Of a DNA stretch of 64,000 nt, positions 40,136 to 49,256 are shown one piece after another; positions within the stretch are counted from its first letter, which is position 1, and each line of letters begins with the position of its first letter. The position numbers and the translations under genes were made by a program. Under the pieces are notes generated by a model, which saw nothing but the letters and a program-made list of their open reading frames with translations, had not been told where the DNA came from and did not search any database. The stretch covers positions 75,347-139,346 of the forward strand of contig JAEDDP010000001.1 of the NCBI GenBank assembly GCA_016297965.1, written 5' to 3'. This DNA comes from Alphaproteobacteria bacterium (GTDB lineage Bacteria > Pseudomonadota > Alphaproteobacteria > Rs-D84 > CACZYB01).

Positions 40136-41821
40136 ATGACAAAAGAAAAAGTTCTTATTACTTCGGCACTTCCATACGTGAATGGTCTTCCACATTTGGG
40201 ACATTTGGTTGGTTGTTTGTTGCCAAGTGATATTTATGCAAGGTTTAACCGTTTGATGGGAAATGAAGTACTTTATATCGGAGGTACAGATGAACATGGT
40301 ACACCATCCGAACTTGGTGCAAAAAAGGAAGGTGTGGATGTTTATGACTATACAACAAAATATCACAATATTCACAAGGATATTTATGAAAAATTTAATC
40401 TTTCATTTGATTATTTCGGACGTACTTCGTCAAAGGAAAATACAGAAATAACCCAAGAAATTGCACGTGAACTTTTTAAAAATGGTTATATAGAAGAACG
40501 TGAAGTGGAGCAAGTTTTTTCCGTGGATGATAATATGTTTTTGCCCGATAGGTATATTGTTGGAACTTGTCCTTACTGTGGTGCGACAAATGCAAGGGGC
40601 GATCAATGTGAAAGTTGTACAAAGGTGTTGGACCCAAAGGATTTGATTGATGCACGGTCCGCAGTTAGTGGAAGTACAAATTTGGAGGTACGAAAGACAA
40701 AGCATCTTTACCTTAAACTTTCAAAATTAAGTGATAAGGTTCGTAGTTGGGTTAATACAAGAAAGTGGAACAAGCTTACATTGGGGATTGCCAATAAATG
40801 GCTTGATGAAGGGTTAAGCGACAGGTGTATTACCCGTGATTTAAAGTGGGGAATTCCCGTTCCAACAGATGTTTTTCCGGATATGAAGGACAAGGTCTTT
40901 TATGTTTGGTTTGATGCACCGATTGGCTATATTTCCATTACAAAAGAATTGCTTGGGGATGGATATAAAAATTGGTGGCTTAATTCGTGTGGTGCGGATA
41001 AGGTTCGGTATGTTGAATTTATGGGAAAGGATAATGTTCCGTTCCATTCCGTTATGTTTCCGGCAACCCTTATTGGTGCGAATGAAGACTATAAAAAAGT
41101 TGATACATTAAAGGGATTAAGTTATTTGAACTTTAATGGTGGAAAGTTTTCAAAGTCGGCACACAGGGGAATTTTTGCTGATTCCGCGATTGAGGAATTT
41201 CCGGCCGATTATTGGAGATATTGGCTTATTAAAAATGCTCCGGAAACGGATGATACCGATTTTTCATTTGAACGATTTGCAGAGGAAATTAACAAGGATT
41301 TGAATGATGTCCTTGGCAATTTCATTCTTCGTGTATTAAAGTTTTATAATTCAAAATTTGGTAATGTGTTGCTTCATAATCCGGCAAATACAGAAAAGGA
41401 GCAGGCAGTTATTGCCGAACTTCAAGAACGGGTTAATGCATACACTCAATATTTAAACGATATGGAGTTCAGAAAGGCAATGGCGGAGCTTCGTGCAATT
41501 TGGGTTTTGGGTAATACCTATATTGATGAAATGGCGCCATGGAGTGTATTTAAAACCGACAGCGAAAAGTCCGGTGAAATACTTGCCTTTGCAATGAATT
41601 TAATGCGGATTTATATGGTGTTGGCAAAACCAATTATGCCAAATGTTTCGGAAAAGATTTTGGGCACACTTGGTACCTCTGGGGATTGGATTTTTGATGT
41701 GAAGGAAGAGATGAATGCAATTTCAAAGGGACATAAATTTGAAGTTCCGGAAACTGTGTTTTCAAAAATTTCATCCGACAGAGTTAATGAATTGAATGAA
41801 AAATATAATGCGAAAAAATAA
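40136..41821 (+). CDS. metG: methionyl-tRNA synthetase (short form without the C-terminal tRNA-binding domain)
   Basis: HLGHLVG (HIGH), KFSKS (KMSKS), zinc knuckle CPYCG...CESC. Confidence 0.9.
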   Translation: MTKEKVLITSALPYVNGLPHLGHLVGCLLPSDIYARFNRLMGNEVLYIGGTDEHGTPSELGAKKEGVDVYDYTTKYHNIHKDIYEKFNLSFDYFGRTSSKENTEITQEIARELFKNGYIEEREVEQVFSVDDNMFLPDRYIVGTCPYCGATNARGDQCESCTKVLDPKDLIDARSAVSGSTNLEVRKTKHLYLKLSKLSDKVRSWVNTRKWNKLTLGIANKWLDEGLSDRCITRDLKWGIPVPTDVFPDMKDKVFYVWFDAPIGYISITKELLGDGYKNWWLNSCGADKVRYVEFMGKDNVPFHSVMFPATLIGANEDYKKVDTLKGLSYLNFNGGKFSKSAHRGIFADSAIEEFPADYWRYWLIKNAPETDDTDFSFERFAEEINKDLNDVLGNFILRVLKFYNSKFGNVLLHNPANTEKEQAVIAELQERVNAYTQYLNDMEFRKAMAELRAIWVLGNTYIDEMAPWSVFKTDSEKSGEILAFAMNLMRIYMVLAKPIMPNVSEKILGTLGTSGDWIFDVKEEMNAISKGHKFEVPETVFSKISSDRVNELNEKYNAKK

Positions 41822-42234
41822 TGAATAGTAAGGAAAAGGAGCTTTTGGAAATAAAAAATAAGGGCATTGATAAGATGTCCGAGGATTTTATTGAAAAACC
41901 AATTGCTCCGAAATCCGAAAGGTTCCTTTATGGTCCGAATGAAATTGGAAACTCCCTTATGAATGTGATAAAGGGGTTTGGAAAGAAGTATGGATTCATA
42001 AATTCGGATATTATTGCGAATTGGACGGAAATTGCCGGTGTGCAACTTTCTAAAAGTATTGTTCCGGTGAAACTTTCGTTTCCGTATGGTGAACGGTCCA
42101 ATGGAACACTTTATGTAAAAATTAAAAATGCATCGTTGTCGGCAATAGTTCAATACCAATTTCCAACCATTATTGACAGGGTTAATACATATTTTGGATA
42201 CAATGCCGTTTCAAATGTTAAAATAAAGTATTAG
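41821..42234 (+). CDS. DUF721/DciA-like protein
   Basis: 137 aa, resembles the COG5389/DUF721 family common in alphaproteobacteria. Its ATG at 41821 shares the A of the metG TAA stop. Confidence 0.35.
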   Translation: MNSKEKELLEIKNKGIDKMSEDFIEKPIAPKSERFLYGPNEIGNSLMNVIKGFGKKYGFINSDIIANWTEIAGVQLSKSIVPVKLSFPYGERSNGTLYVKIKNASLSAIVQYQFPTIIDRVNTYFGYNAVSNVKIKY

Positions 42235-42242
42235 CCTTTATT

Positions 42243-44411
42243 TTACCTATTTTCTGCTCCACAATCAGAATAACTTCCGTTGTTTATGCTTAAAAATGTT
42301 GCAAAGCAAGAGTTATTGTTGATTGTTTGACAACTTATGCCAGATTTTGTAAAATCCAAATTTGTTTCCGTTTTAGTGGTACCATAGTAATTGATTGTAG
42401 ATTCCTTGTGTTGTAATCTTAAAGAACAAGTAGAAATATTCTCCCAGTTTAAAAGTTTGGATGCAAAATCCTTTGGAGTATATGAACCAGTATATGTGTA
42501 AATTTGTTCAGGGATATTTTGAGCATCAACAATTTGGAAATTGAACTGACCAGTTTTGTCCTTTTTATCCTTTACCTTATTAAGGGCATTTGTAATACTT
42601 AAAACACAATTATTGAAATCTTCAAAATCGTTAAGATTGCTTTCAGTAGTTTCATTTTCAACAGTGTTTCCAGCTTTGTTTGAACAATATAATTTTTCGT
42701 TTTTAACATACTGGGTGTAATTTGGACTTTTTATCGTTGTTTTTACAGTTTTAATACTGCTGTTTAATTCACGTCGTATTGTTGAATTAGTTTTGTTTTT
42801 GCTTAATGCAAGAAGTTGTTGTCCCAAAACATTTGAAACACAGTTTGTATAACTTGCAATATCAAGAACCATATATTGAACACAGGAATCAATTGCTGGG
42901 TATTCGGAATTGCCGGAACCGAACTTGCCACCCTGAATTGCAATGTTTGTTTCTTCAAGTGCCTTATCCGTTTCAACAACGGCTTCGGTTACACGGAAAG
43001 TAAGGTCGGAAACCTTTTTCCCAACACCGCCGAACATATCGGACATTGCACTTTTTTTACCACTTAAAAGTGCGGAAAAATCCATTGATGATGACGAGTC
43101 ATTGTCAAAATCCTTGCATGAATAGGTATTGGAGGAATCGTCCGTCTTGTCCTCAATAATGTTCCCGTTTTCATCAAATTCAATGTGTGATGACACCTTG
43201 GTATTTGTGTTTATTGTTGACATACCTTTACATCGGGTTTCACAACTTGTTTTCATATCCGACATTTTTATTTCAAGGTTGTTCATTATTTCGGTAAGTT
43301 TGTTTAAAACTTCGTAAAGGTTGTTAAGCTTTGTTTCCGAAATTGTGGAGGTGTTTTCATCGTCGGCGATGGTTGCCTCAATCTCAGCAATTCCGTTTGA
43401 AAGTTTTTCATTGGATTTTTTGACTGTTTTGTAAATGTTGTTTAATTCGTTCTTTATATAGGACTCCTTGGTATCCTTTGTACAAACGAAATTTGTATCA
43501 TCCTTATACCGGCTTCCGTTTATAAGGGCGCGTGTTTTTGCATCATTGTATGCCGAAAGTCCGGAAATACTTACAATTCGTGGTGGGAAGAATAGGGCAT
43601 TATCCTTGTAATCCCTTTGTGAATCAGTGGTTTTTATTATTCCAAGTAAATTGAATGCCTTTGTTGAATAGGTTTTTGCGGTGGAAATATCCTTTTTAAC
43701 TTCACTTAAAAGGTTATTGTATTTTACATTTGGTTTGTTGTTTCTTGCTTCAAGGGCAGCCTTTTTTTCACGGGCGATTTTATCTTCTTGTTGCTGTTTT
43801 TCAAGCTCGTATGCCTTTTGTTGTTGGGCGAGTTTTGATTGTGCTTCAATTTGTGCCTGTTCTGTTTGTGCCTGAGCTTCTATTTGTTTTTGTTTAGTTG
43901 CAGCTTCGGCAGCGGCAGTTTTTGCCTGAGATGCAGCCCTTTCCGCTTCGTATTGGGCTTGTTTTGCCTGATTTTCCCTTTCGGCTTCGGCAGTATCTAA
44001 GGCGGCATTTGCCTCAGATGCCTTACTTGATGCATAACCCTTAATATAGCTTGCACATTGGTAAGGAAGGAATTTGTTTTCGGATTTAAGGCAACCGTAT
44101 ATTAGGGCGCGGTTTGCCTTTTCATCAGTACAGGAACCAAGTTCAGAACAGTTGTATGAAAGGCAATCCTGAATTACGGGTTCGCATGATGATGTACGGT
44201 CAGTTTTATCACATGCCGCCAAAATTTTTGTGCATTTTGCCGGTGTGATTGTGAATTTTAATGTGTTTGGAGAGAATGCATTTAGGCATGTAAGGCATGC
44301 GGTTGAAGGACCACTAGATTTCTTTTTTTTGGCGGAAAATGCAGGAGAAGCATTTATTCCGCATAGTAGTGCGAGTACGGAAATACCAAAAATATTTTTC
44401 TTTTTAAACAT
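42243..44411 (-). CDS. large secreted Cys-rich protein with a central Q/A/E coiled-coil; unknown function
   Basis: Signal peptide MFKKKNIFGISVLALLCGINASPAFSA; N-terminal Cys-rich module; about 100-aa Q/A/E coiled-coil (AQAQTEQAQIEAQSKLAQQQK); C-terminal Cys-containing domain of about 400 aa. Confidence 0.5.
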   Translation of the reverse strand: MFKKKNIFGISVLALLCGINASPAFSAKKKKSSGPSTACLTCLNAFSPNTLKFTITPAKCTKILAACDKTDRTSSCEPVIQDCLSYNCSELGSCTDEKANRALIYGCLKSENKFLPYQCASYIKGYASSKASEANAALDTAEAERENQAKQAQYEAERAASQAKTAAAEAATKQKQIEAQAQTEQAQIEAQSKLAQQQKAYELEKQQQEDKIAREKKAALEARNNKPNVKYNNLLSEVKKDISTAKTYSTKAFNLLGIIKTTDSQRDYKDNALFFPPRIVSISGLSAYNDAKTRALINGSRYKDDTNFVCTKDTKESYIKNELNNIYKTVKKSNEKLSNGIAEIEATIADDENTSTISETKLNNLYEVLNKLTEIMNNLEIKMSDMKTSCETRCKGMSTINTNTKVSSHIEFDENGNIIEDKTDDSSNTYSCKDFDNDSSSSMDFSALLSGKKSAMSDMFGGVGKKVSDLTFRVTEAVVETDKALEETNIAIQGGKFGSGNSEYPAIDSCVQYMVLDIASYTNCVSNVLGQQLLALSKNKTNSTIRRELNSSIKTVKTTIKSPNYTQYVKNEKLYCSNKAGNTVENETTESNLNDFEDFNNCVLSITNALNKVKDKKDKTGQFNFQIVDAQNIPEQIYTYTGSYTPKDFASKLLNWENISTCSLRLQHKESTINYYGTTKTETNLDFTKSGISCQTINNNSCFATFLSINNGSYSDCGAENR

Positions 44412-44535
44412 AAAATCCCTCTTTTTTCTCCGTATCATTATATCATAAATAATCAATATGGTAAAGAGGAAAATAAAAAAATACAGATATTTTTCAACCT
44501 GTATTTTTTCAAAAATTGTTAAATCTTTTTATGTA

Positions 44536-44946
44536 TTATTTTTTTCCGCCAACAACGATTTTAATTTTTGTTTTTGGAGTTGATTTTTTTGTTGCAACTT
44601 CCTTTTTTACCATTGGAATAATTTTTGCAACTTCAACCTTTTTTGCAACAGGTTTTACCGCCTTTTTAGAAGGAGCCTTTTTTGTTGCAACTTTTTTAAC
44701 GGTTGCCTTTTTAACTTCTTTTTTTTCAGCCTTTGGTGCAACCTTTTTTGCTACTTTCTTTGTTGCTTTTTTTACGGCCTTTTTTGCAACAGGTTTTACA
44801 GATTTCACAGTAGAAATTGTTGCGTGTGTTAATTCATAAATTTTTGTTGCTTCATCCCAAATTTCCAAATCTTGACCTTCTGGTTTACCGCGGTTAAGCC
44901 AAATGAAGTAAGCAGCTTCTTGAATATAATCGTGTTTAGATGTCAT
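44536..44946 (-). CDS. DUF2934-domain protein with a histone-H1-like Lys/Ala-rich tail
   Basis: MTSKHDYIQEAAYFIWLNRGKPEGQDLEIWDEA matches the DUF2934 consensus (AYF.W...G.P.G.DL.DW..AE), followed by AKKAVKKATKKVAKKVAPKA repeats. AAGGAGA RBS. The longer ORF extending to 45177 is rejected. Confidence 0.55.
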   Translation of the reverse strand: MTSKHDYIQEAAYFIWLNRGKPEGQDLEIWDEATKIYELTHATISTVKSVKPVAKKAVKKATKKVAKKVAPKAEKKEVKKATVKKVATKKAPSKKAVKPVAKKVEVAKIIPMVKKEVATKKSTPKTKIKIVVGGKK

Positions 44947-45101
44947 TTTTTCTCTCCTTATTAAGATTAAAATTGTTTTTATTTTCTCACTAACATTTGT
45001 CATCTTAACATATAAATTTTTAAAATCTACAAGTTTTTTCTTTATTTTAATATTTTTTTTAGGTATATTATTTTTAAATGATGAAAACATAGGAGAATAA
45101 A

Positions 45102-45551
45102 ATGGATATAAAAGATAAAAATGAACTTCTTGATAATTTGACAAAGCCAAAATCTTCGTTCGCAGGTGGTATGTCAAAGGGGCATTCGGTTATGCCAAAG
45201 GCAGATGGAAAACAACTTATTGTTGGAAAGAATATAAAGCTTTCCGGTGCGATTGATGTTTGTGAAAGTCTTGTTGTTGAAGGAACATTGGAAGCAAACC
45301 TTAGTGGTGCGAAATATTTGGATATTGTTTATGGTGGAAGTTTTACCGGAAATGCCGAAGTTGAGGAAGCTCATATCAGTGGATTGTTTGATGGTGAATT
45401 GACCGTGACTGGAATCCTTTATGTTTATGAAACAGGTATGGTAAAAGGTAAGATAAATTATGCAAACCTTATTGTTGAAAAGGGTGGTGTTTTAAAGGGT
45501 ACATTGAAAAATATTGATACAGAAAAGCCAAAAGCTTCAACAGCAGAATAA
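45102..45551 (+). CDS. bactofilin-family cytoskeletal protein
   Basis: Repetitive beta-helical V/G/L pattern (LSGAIDVCESLVVEGTLEANLSGAKYLDIVYGGSFTGNAEVEEAHISGLFDGELTV...) as in DUF583/CcmA. Confidence 0.65.
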   Translation: MDIKDKNELLDNLTKPKSSFAGGMSKGHSVMPKADGKQLIVGKNIKLSGAIDVCESLVVEGTLEANLSGAKYLDIVYGGSFTGNAEVEEAHISGLFDGELTVTGILYVYETGMVKGKINYANLIVEKGGVLKGTLKNIDTEKPKASTAE

Positions 45552-45561
45552 AAAAGTTTTT

Positions 45562-45637
45562 GCCATCTTAACTCAGTTGATAGAGTGCCAAATTCGTAAT
45601 TTGGAAGCCGTGGGTTTGAATCCCGCAGATGGCACCA
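45562..45637 (+). tRNA. tRNA-Thr (anticodon CGT)
   Basis: Acceptor GCCATCT/AGATGGC, anticodon stem CCAAA/TTTGG with loop TTCGTAA, T-loop TTTGAAT, CCA. Confidence 0.85.
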
Positions 45638-45644
45638 TTATTGG

Positions 45645-45670
45645 GGGAGGTAAGAACCTCCCTTTTTTAA
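45645..45670 (+). terminator. intrinsic terminator after tRNA-Thr (GGGAGG/CCTCCC family)
   Basis: GGGAGG-taagaa-CCTCCC followed by T6. Confidence 0.6.
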
Positions 45671-45701
45671 TATGATGAATTAAAAAGGAATAAAAATTTT
45701 T

Positions 45702-46223
45702 ATGGATAAATCATTATGGAAAAAAATTACAGAAGGTGTTCGTCCCCTTAAAAACAAAGGGGGTAATTTTGGTATGTCCGTAAAAAAGATAAAAGAATCA
45801 AAATCAAGTGATGATATTGAAGTTTCGTTTATAAGTGTTGATGATATAAAGCCAACTGTAAGAAGAAATATTTTGGAGGGTGATATTTATTTGGGTGATG
45901 TGTCAAGGATTGATAAAAGCACATTGAACCATATAAATAAAAACTTTTTGGTGGATGCACGGCTTGATCTTCATGGTAATACCTTAGAAATGGCATTTAA
46001 CAGATTTGTGAAGTTTATCAATCATAATTATTTGATTGGGAACAGACGGCTTCTTATTATAACGGGACGTGGAAATCCGGAAAAAAATACCGGTGTGATA
46101 AGGCAAAATTTTGACAGGTGGATTGTTAATGAAGATGTAAACAGTAAAATTTTGTATGTGAATTATGCGTCAATAAAAGATGGTGGCGATGGTGCCTTTT
46201 ATATCCTTTTACGGAAAAAATAA
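45702..46223 (+). CDS. Smr-domain protein
   Basis: ARLDLHGNTLEMAF...LLIITGRG matches the Smr domain. Confidence 0.7.
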   Translation: MDKSLWKKITEGVRPLKNKGGNFGMSVKKIKESKSSDDIEVSFISVDDIKPTVRRNILEGDIYLGDVSRIDKSTLNHINKNFLVDARLDLHGNTLEMAFNRFVKFINHNYLIGNRRLLIITGRGNPEKNTGVIRQNFDRWIVNEDVNSKILYVNYASIKDGGDGAFYILLRKK

Positions 46224-46225
46224 AA

Positions 46226-46252
46226 CCTCTACTTTTTGTAGAGGTAATTTTT
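46226..46252. terminator. bidirectional terminator
   Basis: CCTCTAC-ttttt-GTAGAGG followed by T-run, between convergent smr and HIT genes. Confidence 0.55.
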
Positions 46253-46608
46253 TATAATCCGAATGTTGGAAGTTTTTCTCCGCCAAGGATGTGTATGTGA
46301 AAATGTGGAACAGATTGACCACCATAATATCCCGTATTTGCAACAAGTCGGTATCCGGCATCGTCAAGGTGATATTCCTTTATTACAAAATTGATTGCCT
46401 CCATCAAATCAAGTTTTTCCCTGTCCGTTGCATTTGTACCGAATGTTGTATATGACTCGTATTCACCCTTTGGAAGGACAAGCAAATGGTATGGAGCGCG
46501 TGGGTTTATGTTTTTAATAACAAGTGCATTTTCGTTTTCAAAAACCCTTTCCGATGGTGCCTTGTTATTTATTATTTGACAAAATATATTCTCTTTATCG
46601 TAAGTCAT
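46252..46608 (-). CDS. HIT-family (histidine triad) hydrolase
   Basis: VPHFHIHILGG histidine triad. Confidence 0.8.
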   Translation of the reverse strand: MTYDKENIFCQIINNKAPSERVFENENALVIKNINPRAPYHLLVLPKGEYESYTTFGTNATDREKLDLMEAINFVIKEYHLDDAGYRLVANTGYYGGQSVPHFHIHILGGEKLPTFGL

Positions 46609-46706
46609 TTCCTTTTATTCCTTTAATGTTGATTTTTTTTCTTTTTATTGCTATATTATAGGGTGATTTCATGGAAAATCAATAATGAAAATGTTGAAGT
46701 TTTTAG

Positions 46707-47144
46707 ATGGTGGATAAAATGGTAAATAGTGAAAAAGTAATGAGTGAAGTTGATGGTGGATTACTTGACGCTTATGTTGGTAAAAGGTTAAAACTCCGTC
46801 GTGTGATGCTTCGTATGAGTCAGGATGAACTTGCCTCTATGATTGGTGTGACTTTTCAACAAATTCAAAAGTATGAAAGTGGTGCCAATAGGATTAGTGC
46901 AAGTCGTTTGTTTATTATTTCAAAGGTTTTGCAAATTGACATTTCTTTTTTCTTTGATGGATTGGAAAAAGATATTCCTGAAATTGAAGAATTTGAACAA
47001 AATATTGGCTCTGTTGCAGAAGACAGAGTTGAATTTGATCCAATGAAGGATAACGAGACATTGACCTTGGTTAATGCATATTGGAAATTATCCGATATTG
47101 AAAAACGGAAAAAGATTTTGGATTTCATTGTTTCAATGACTTAG
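46707..47144 (+). CDS. XRE-family helix-turn-helix transcriptional regulator
   Basis: MSQDELASMIGVTFQQIQKYESGANRISASRLFIISKVL, which matches the Cro/C1 HTH. Confidence 0.7.
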   Translation: MVDKMVNSEKVMSEVDGGLLDAYVGKRLKLRRVMLRMSQDELASMIGVTFQQIQKYESGANRISASRLFIISKVLQIDISFFFDGLEKDIPEIEEFEQNIGSVAEDRVEFDPMKDNETLTLVNAYWKLSDIEKRKKILDFIVSMT

Positions 47145-47693
47145 TTAAAAATCTTGGGTGCATACAACTTCGTTTAGATTTTTTATTTTGATTATATTTT
47201 TGTAAACTGGTAAGGATAAATACTTTGCCAGTTTATTTGAATATTCACGGCAATATGAATATCCAGTTGTTGCATTTTGGTAAAGTGTTTTGAATTCTTC
47301 GTTTAATTGAACGAATCTTTTGTTATGTGAAAGAAGTGAATTTTTTTCCGCCTTATCCAATAAATTTTTTGTTATGTTTATTATTTGCATTTGGTTGGCA
47401 TATATTTCACCAATGTTGTCGGTATTTGTTTTGGTTAAAACATTTATGTGGATTATATCCTTTAATGCCTCGCCATTATGAATAATGTATCCCTTTGATA
47501 TATTTATTATTTCCGGTACAATTTTGATATTATTATTTATGTATTGTATTTGTTGTCTTTTATGTTTGGTTAAATTTTCCTGTATCTTTGATGTATTGTA
47601 TAAAGGAATGCAAAATACAATTATTGCAATAAGAAGGGTGATTATTGAAATTAAAAATTTTTTTCCGACTGTTTTGTTTATTGTTGTATTCAT
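47145..47693 (-). CDS. hypothetical membrane-anchored protein
   Basis: Single N-terminal TM helix (FLISIITLLIAIIVFCIPL); no motif recognised. Confidence 0.35.
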   Translation of the reverse strand: MNTTINKTVGKKFLISIITLLIAIIVFCIPLYNTSKIQENLTKHKRQQIQYINNNIKIVPEIINISKGYIIHNGEALKDIIHINVLTKTNTDNIGEIYANQMQIINITKNLLDKAEKNSLLSHNKRFVQLNEEFKTLYQNATTGYSYCREYSNKLAKYLSLPVYKNIIKIKNLNEVVCTQDF

Positions 47694-47816
47694 TTTTTTT
47701 GCCCCTCCCAGTAATTAAATTTTAAGTATGTTTATGATAACACATTTTTTTATTAAAATAAACTTTTTCTTCCATTTTTTTTCTTTTATGTGTATTATGT
47801 ATTTCAGAGGGAATAA

Positions 47817-49256
47817 ATGAAAATTTCTAAATTTAAAAATTATAGGAAAAGTAATGGTGGAGCTATATTGTTTCAAGTTCTTTTGGGGCTTGGACTTATG
47901 GTTATTATGTCGCCGATTATTTTTAATCAGATAAAGAAGTATAATGAGGAAATCCAACGTGAAGAAGTTATTTCATCTATGGAAAAGCTTCAAAAGGCGG
48001 TAAGTTCGTTTGTCGTTTTTGAAAAGGATACGGGAAATATTCCATCGGGGCTTACGTGTTGGAAGGATACCTCCGGTTGTCCGACAAGTGCAGAAGTTGG
48101 TGGTGCAAGTATGCCGGTGCAGACAAAGAAAATGAAAAGTTTTTTATCCGATTATTTGGGAAATGGCAGTGGTTCAATTGAAGATGAAAATGGTTTTGGA
48201 CAGGAATATTCCTTTGCCACATATAAAAATGGTGATGAGATAGAAGCGGTTGTTATTGCAAGTTGTAAGACCCAGAAATGTATTGATGATTTAACTCTTA
48301 ATGGTATTGGGCAATTTTTGTTTGATAAGGGTGCGGTTATTGCTTCGGATGGTGTGTTGTTAAGTGACCTTTCAATGTCAAATAATTTAAAGGGAATCGT
48401 GGATGCAATGATTACTTCGTCTGGAAGTGGAGCCTTAGTTATGTTTGTAAGTGATGCCTTCTTTTCATCAGATTTCTTGCATATTGCGGAAATGCCAGGG
48501 GAAACATCAAAGGCGATATTGTTTAATACAATGATTGTTGATTTGGATATGAATAGGCATAACATAAATAATGTTGCGAATCTTTATGGAACAACGTTGA
48601 ATATTGTGTCTTCAAGCAATGTTGGTGTTGTATCCCTTTCCGATATTGTGTTTAAATCAAATGTTGATGTGAATAATTTTGTTGAATACAAGAATACGAC
48701 TGGGATTAGTGGTGTATCAACTTTACCTTTTGGTGCGAAAAAGGAATCTTCGGGTGGTGATATATACCTTAATAATTTTGATGTTGAAAATACTTCATCA
48801 ACAGCAAGTTTTGATAAAATAAATATTGATGTTGGGGATTTAACGACTTCGGAAATAGAGGCGGATAATTATGTCGTTTTGGGTAATACAACGGTTAATG
48901 ATTGGTCCAATATGTCAATTTACCAAATGACCGCAAATACAATGAATTCGGTTGGAAATCTTCCGGATGAATTTTCAACGATAACCCTTAATGATGTTGG
49001 TACAGCAAAGGACAGCTTTGTTTATGTCGGTTCGTATAATGCGTCGGAAAATAGGTATTTGCCAGACAGTTTGATGATTTTGAATTTATCCGGAATATCG
49101 GAGGTGAAGGATATTTGTTATATGTCGGGGCCATCAAAGGTTTGTTTGTCAACGGAAGTTAAAAACCTTGTGACTGCGTTAAAAAATGCGTTGTCGTGTT
49201 ATTTGAAATACAGAGGTACCACGATTGAAGGGGGCGGAAGTTATACATGTCTTTAA
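47817..49256 (+). CDS. large pilin-like protein 1 (class-III-signal-like N-terminus, 479 aa)
   Basis: MKISKFKNYRKSNGG|AILFQ followed by a hydrophobic helix VLLGLGLMVIM; Q rather than E at +5. S/T/N/G-rich body. Confidence 0.4.
   Translation: MKISKFKNYRKSNGGAILFQVLLGLGLMVIMSPIIFNQIKKYNEEIQREEVISSMEKLQKAVSSFVVFEKDTGNIPSGLTCWKDTSGCPTSAEVGGASMPVQTKKMKSFLSDYLGNGSGSIEDENGFGQEYSFATYKNGDEIEAVVIASCKTQKCIDDLTLNGIGQFLFDKGAVIASDGVLLSDLSMSNNLKGIVDAMITSSGSGALVMFVSDAFFSSDFLHIAEMPGETSKAILFNTMIVDLDMNRHNINNVANLYGTTLNIVSSSNVGVVSLSDIVFKSNVDVNNFVEYKNTTGISGVSTLPFGAKKESSGGDIYLNNFDVENTSSTASFDKINIDVGDLTTSEIEADNYVVLGNTTVNDWSNMSIYQMTANTMNSVGNLPDEFSTITLNDVGTAKDSFVYVGSYNASENRYLPDSLMILNLSGISEVKDICYMSGPSKVCLSTEVKNLVTALKNALSCYLKYRGTTIEGGGSYTCL

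Noticed and set aside
41611-42159. 182-aa minus ORF over the metG 3' end and the DUF721 gene.
   Set aside because: It is antisense to two coherent + strand genes, with F/I/K-rich junk translation.
44516-44839. 107-aa + strand ORF (FFATGF repeats).
   Set aside because: It is the mirror image of the AKK-repeat tail of the DUF2934/H1-like gene on the opposite strand. The minus-strand gene has the RBS and a recognisable domain.
44947-45177. 5' extension of the DUF2934 gene to 45177 (213-aa model in the ORF track).
   Set aside because: The extension has no homology, while an AAGGAGA RBS sits immediately upstream of the internal ATG at 44946, which begins the conserved domain.
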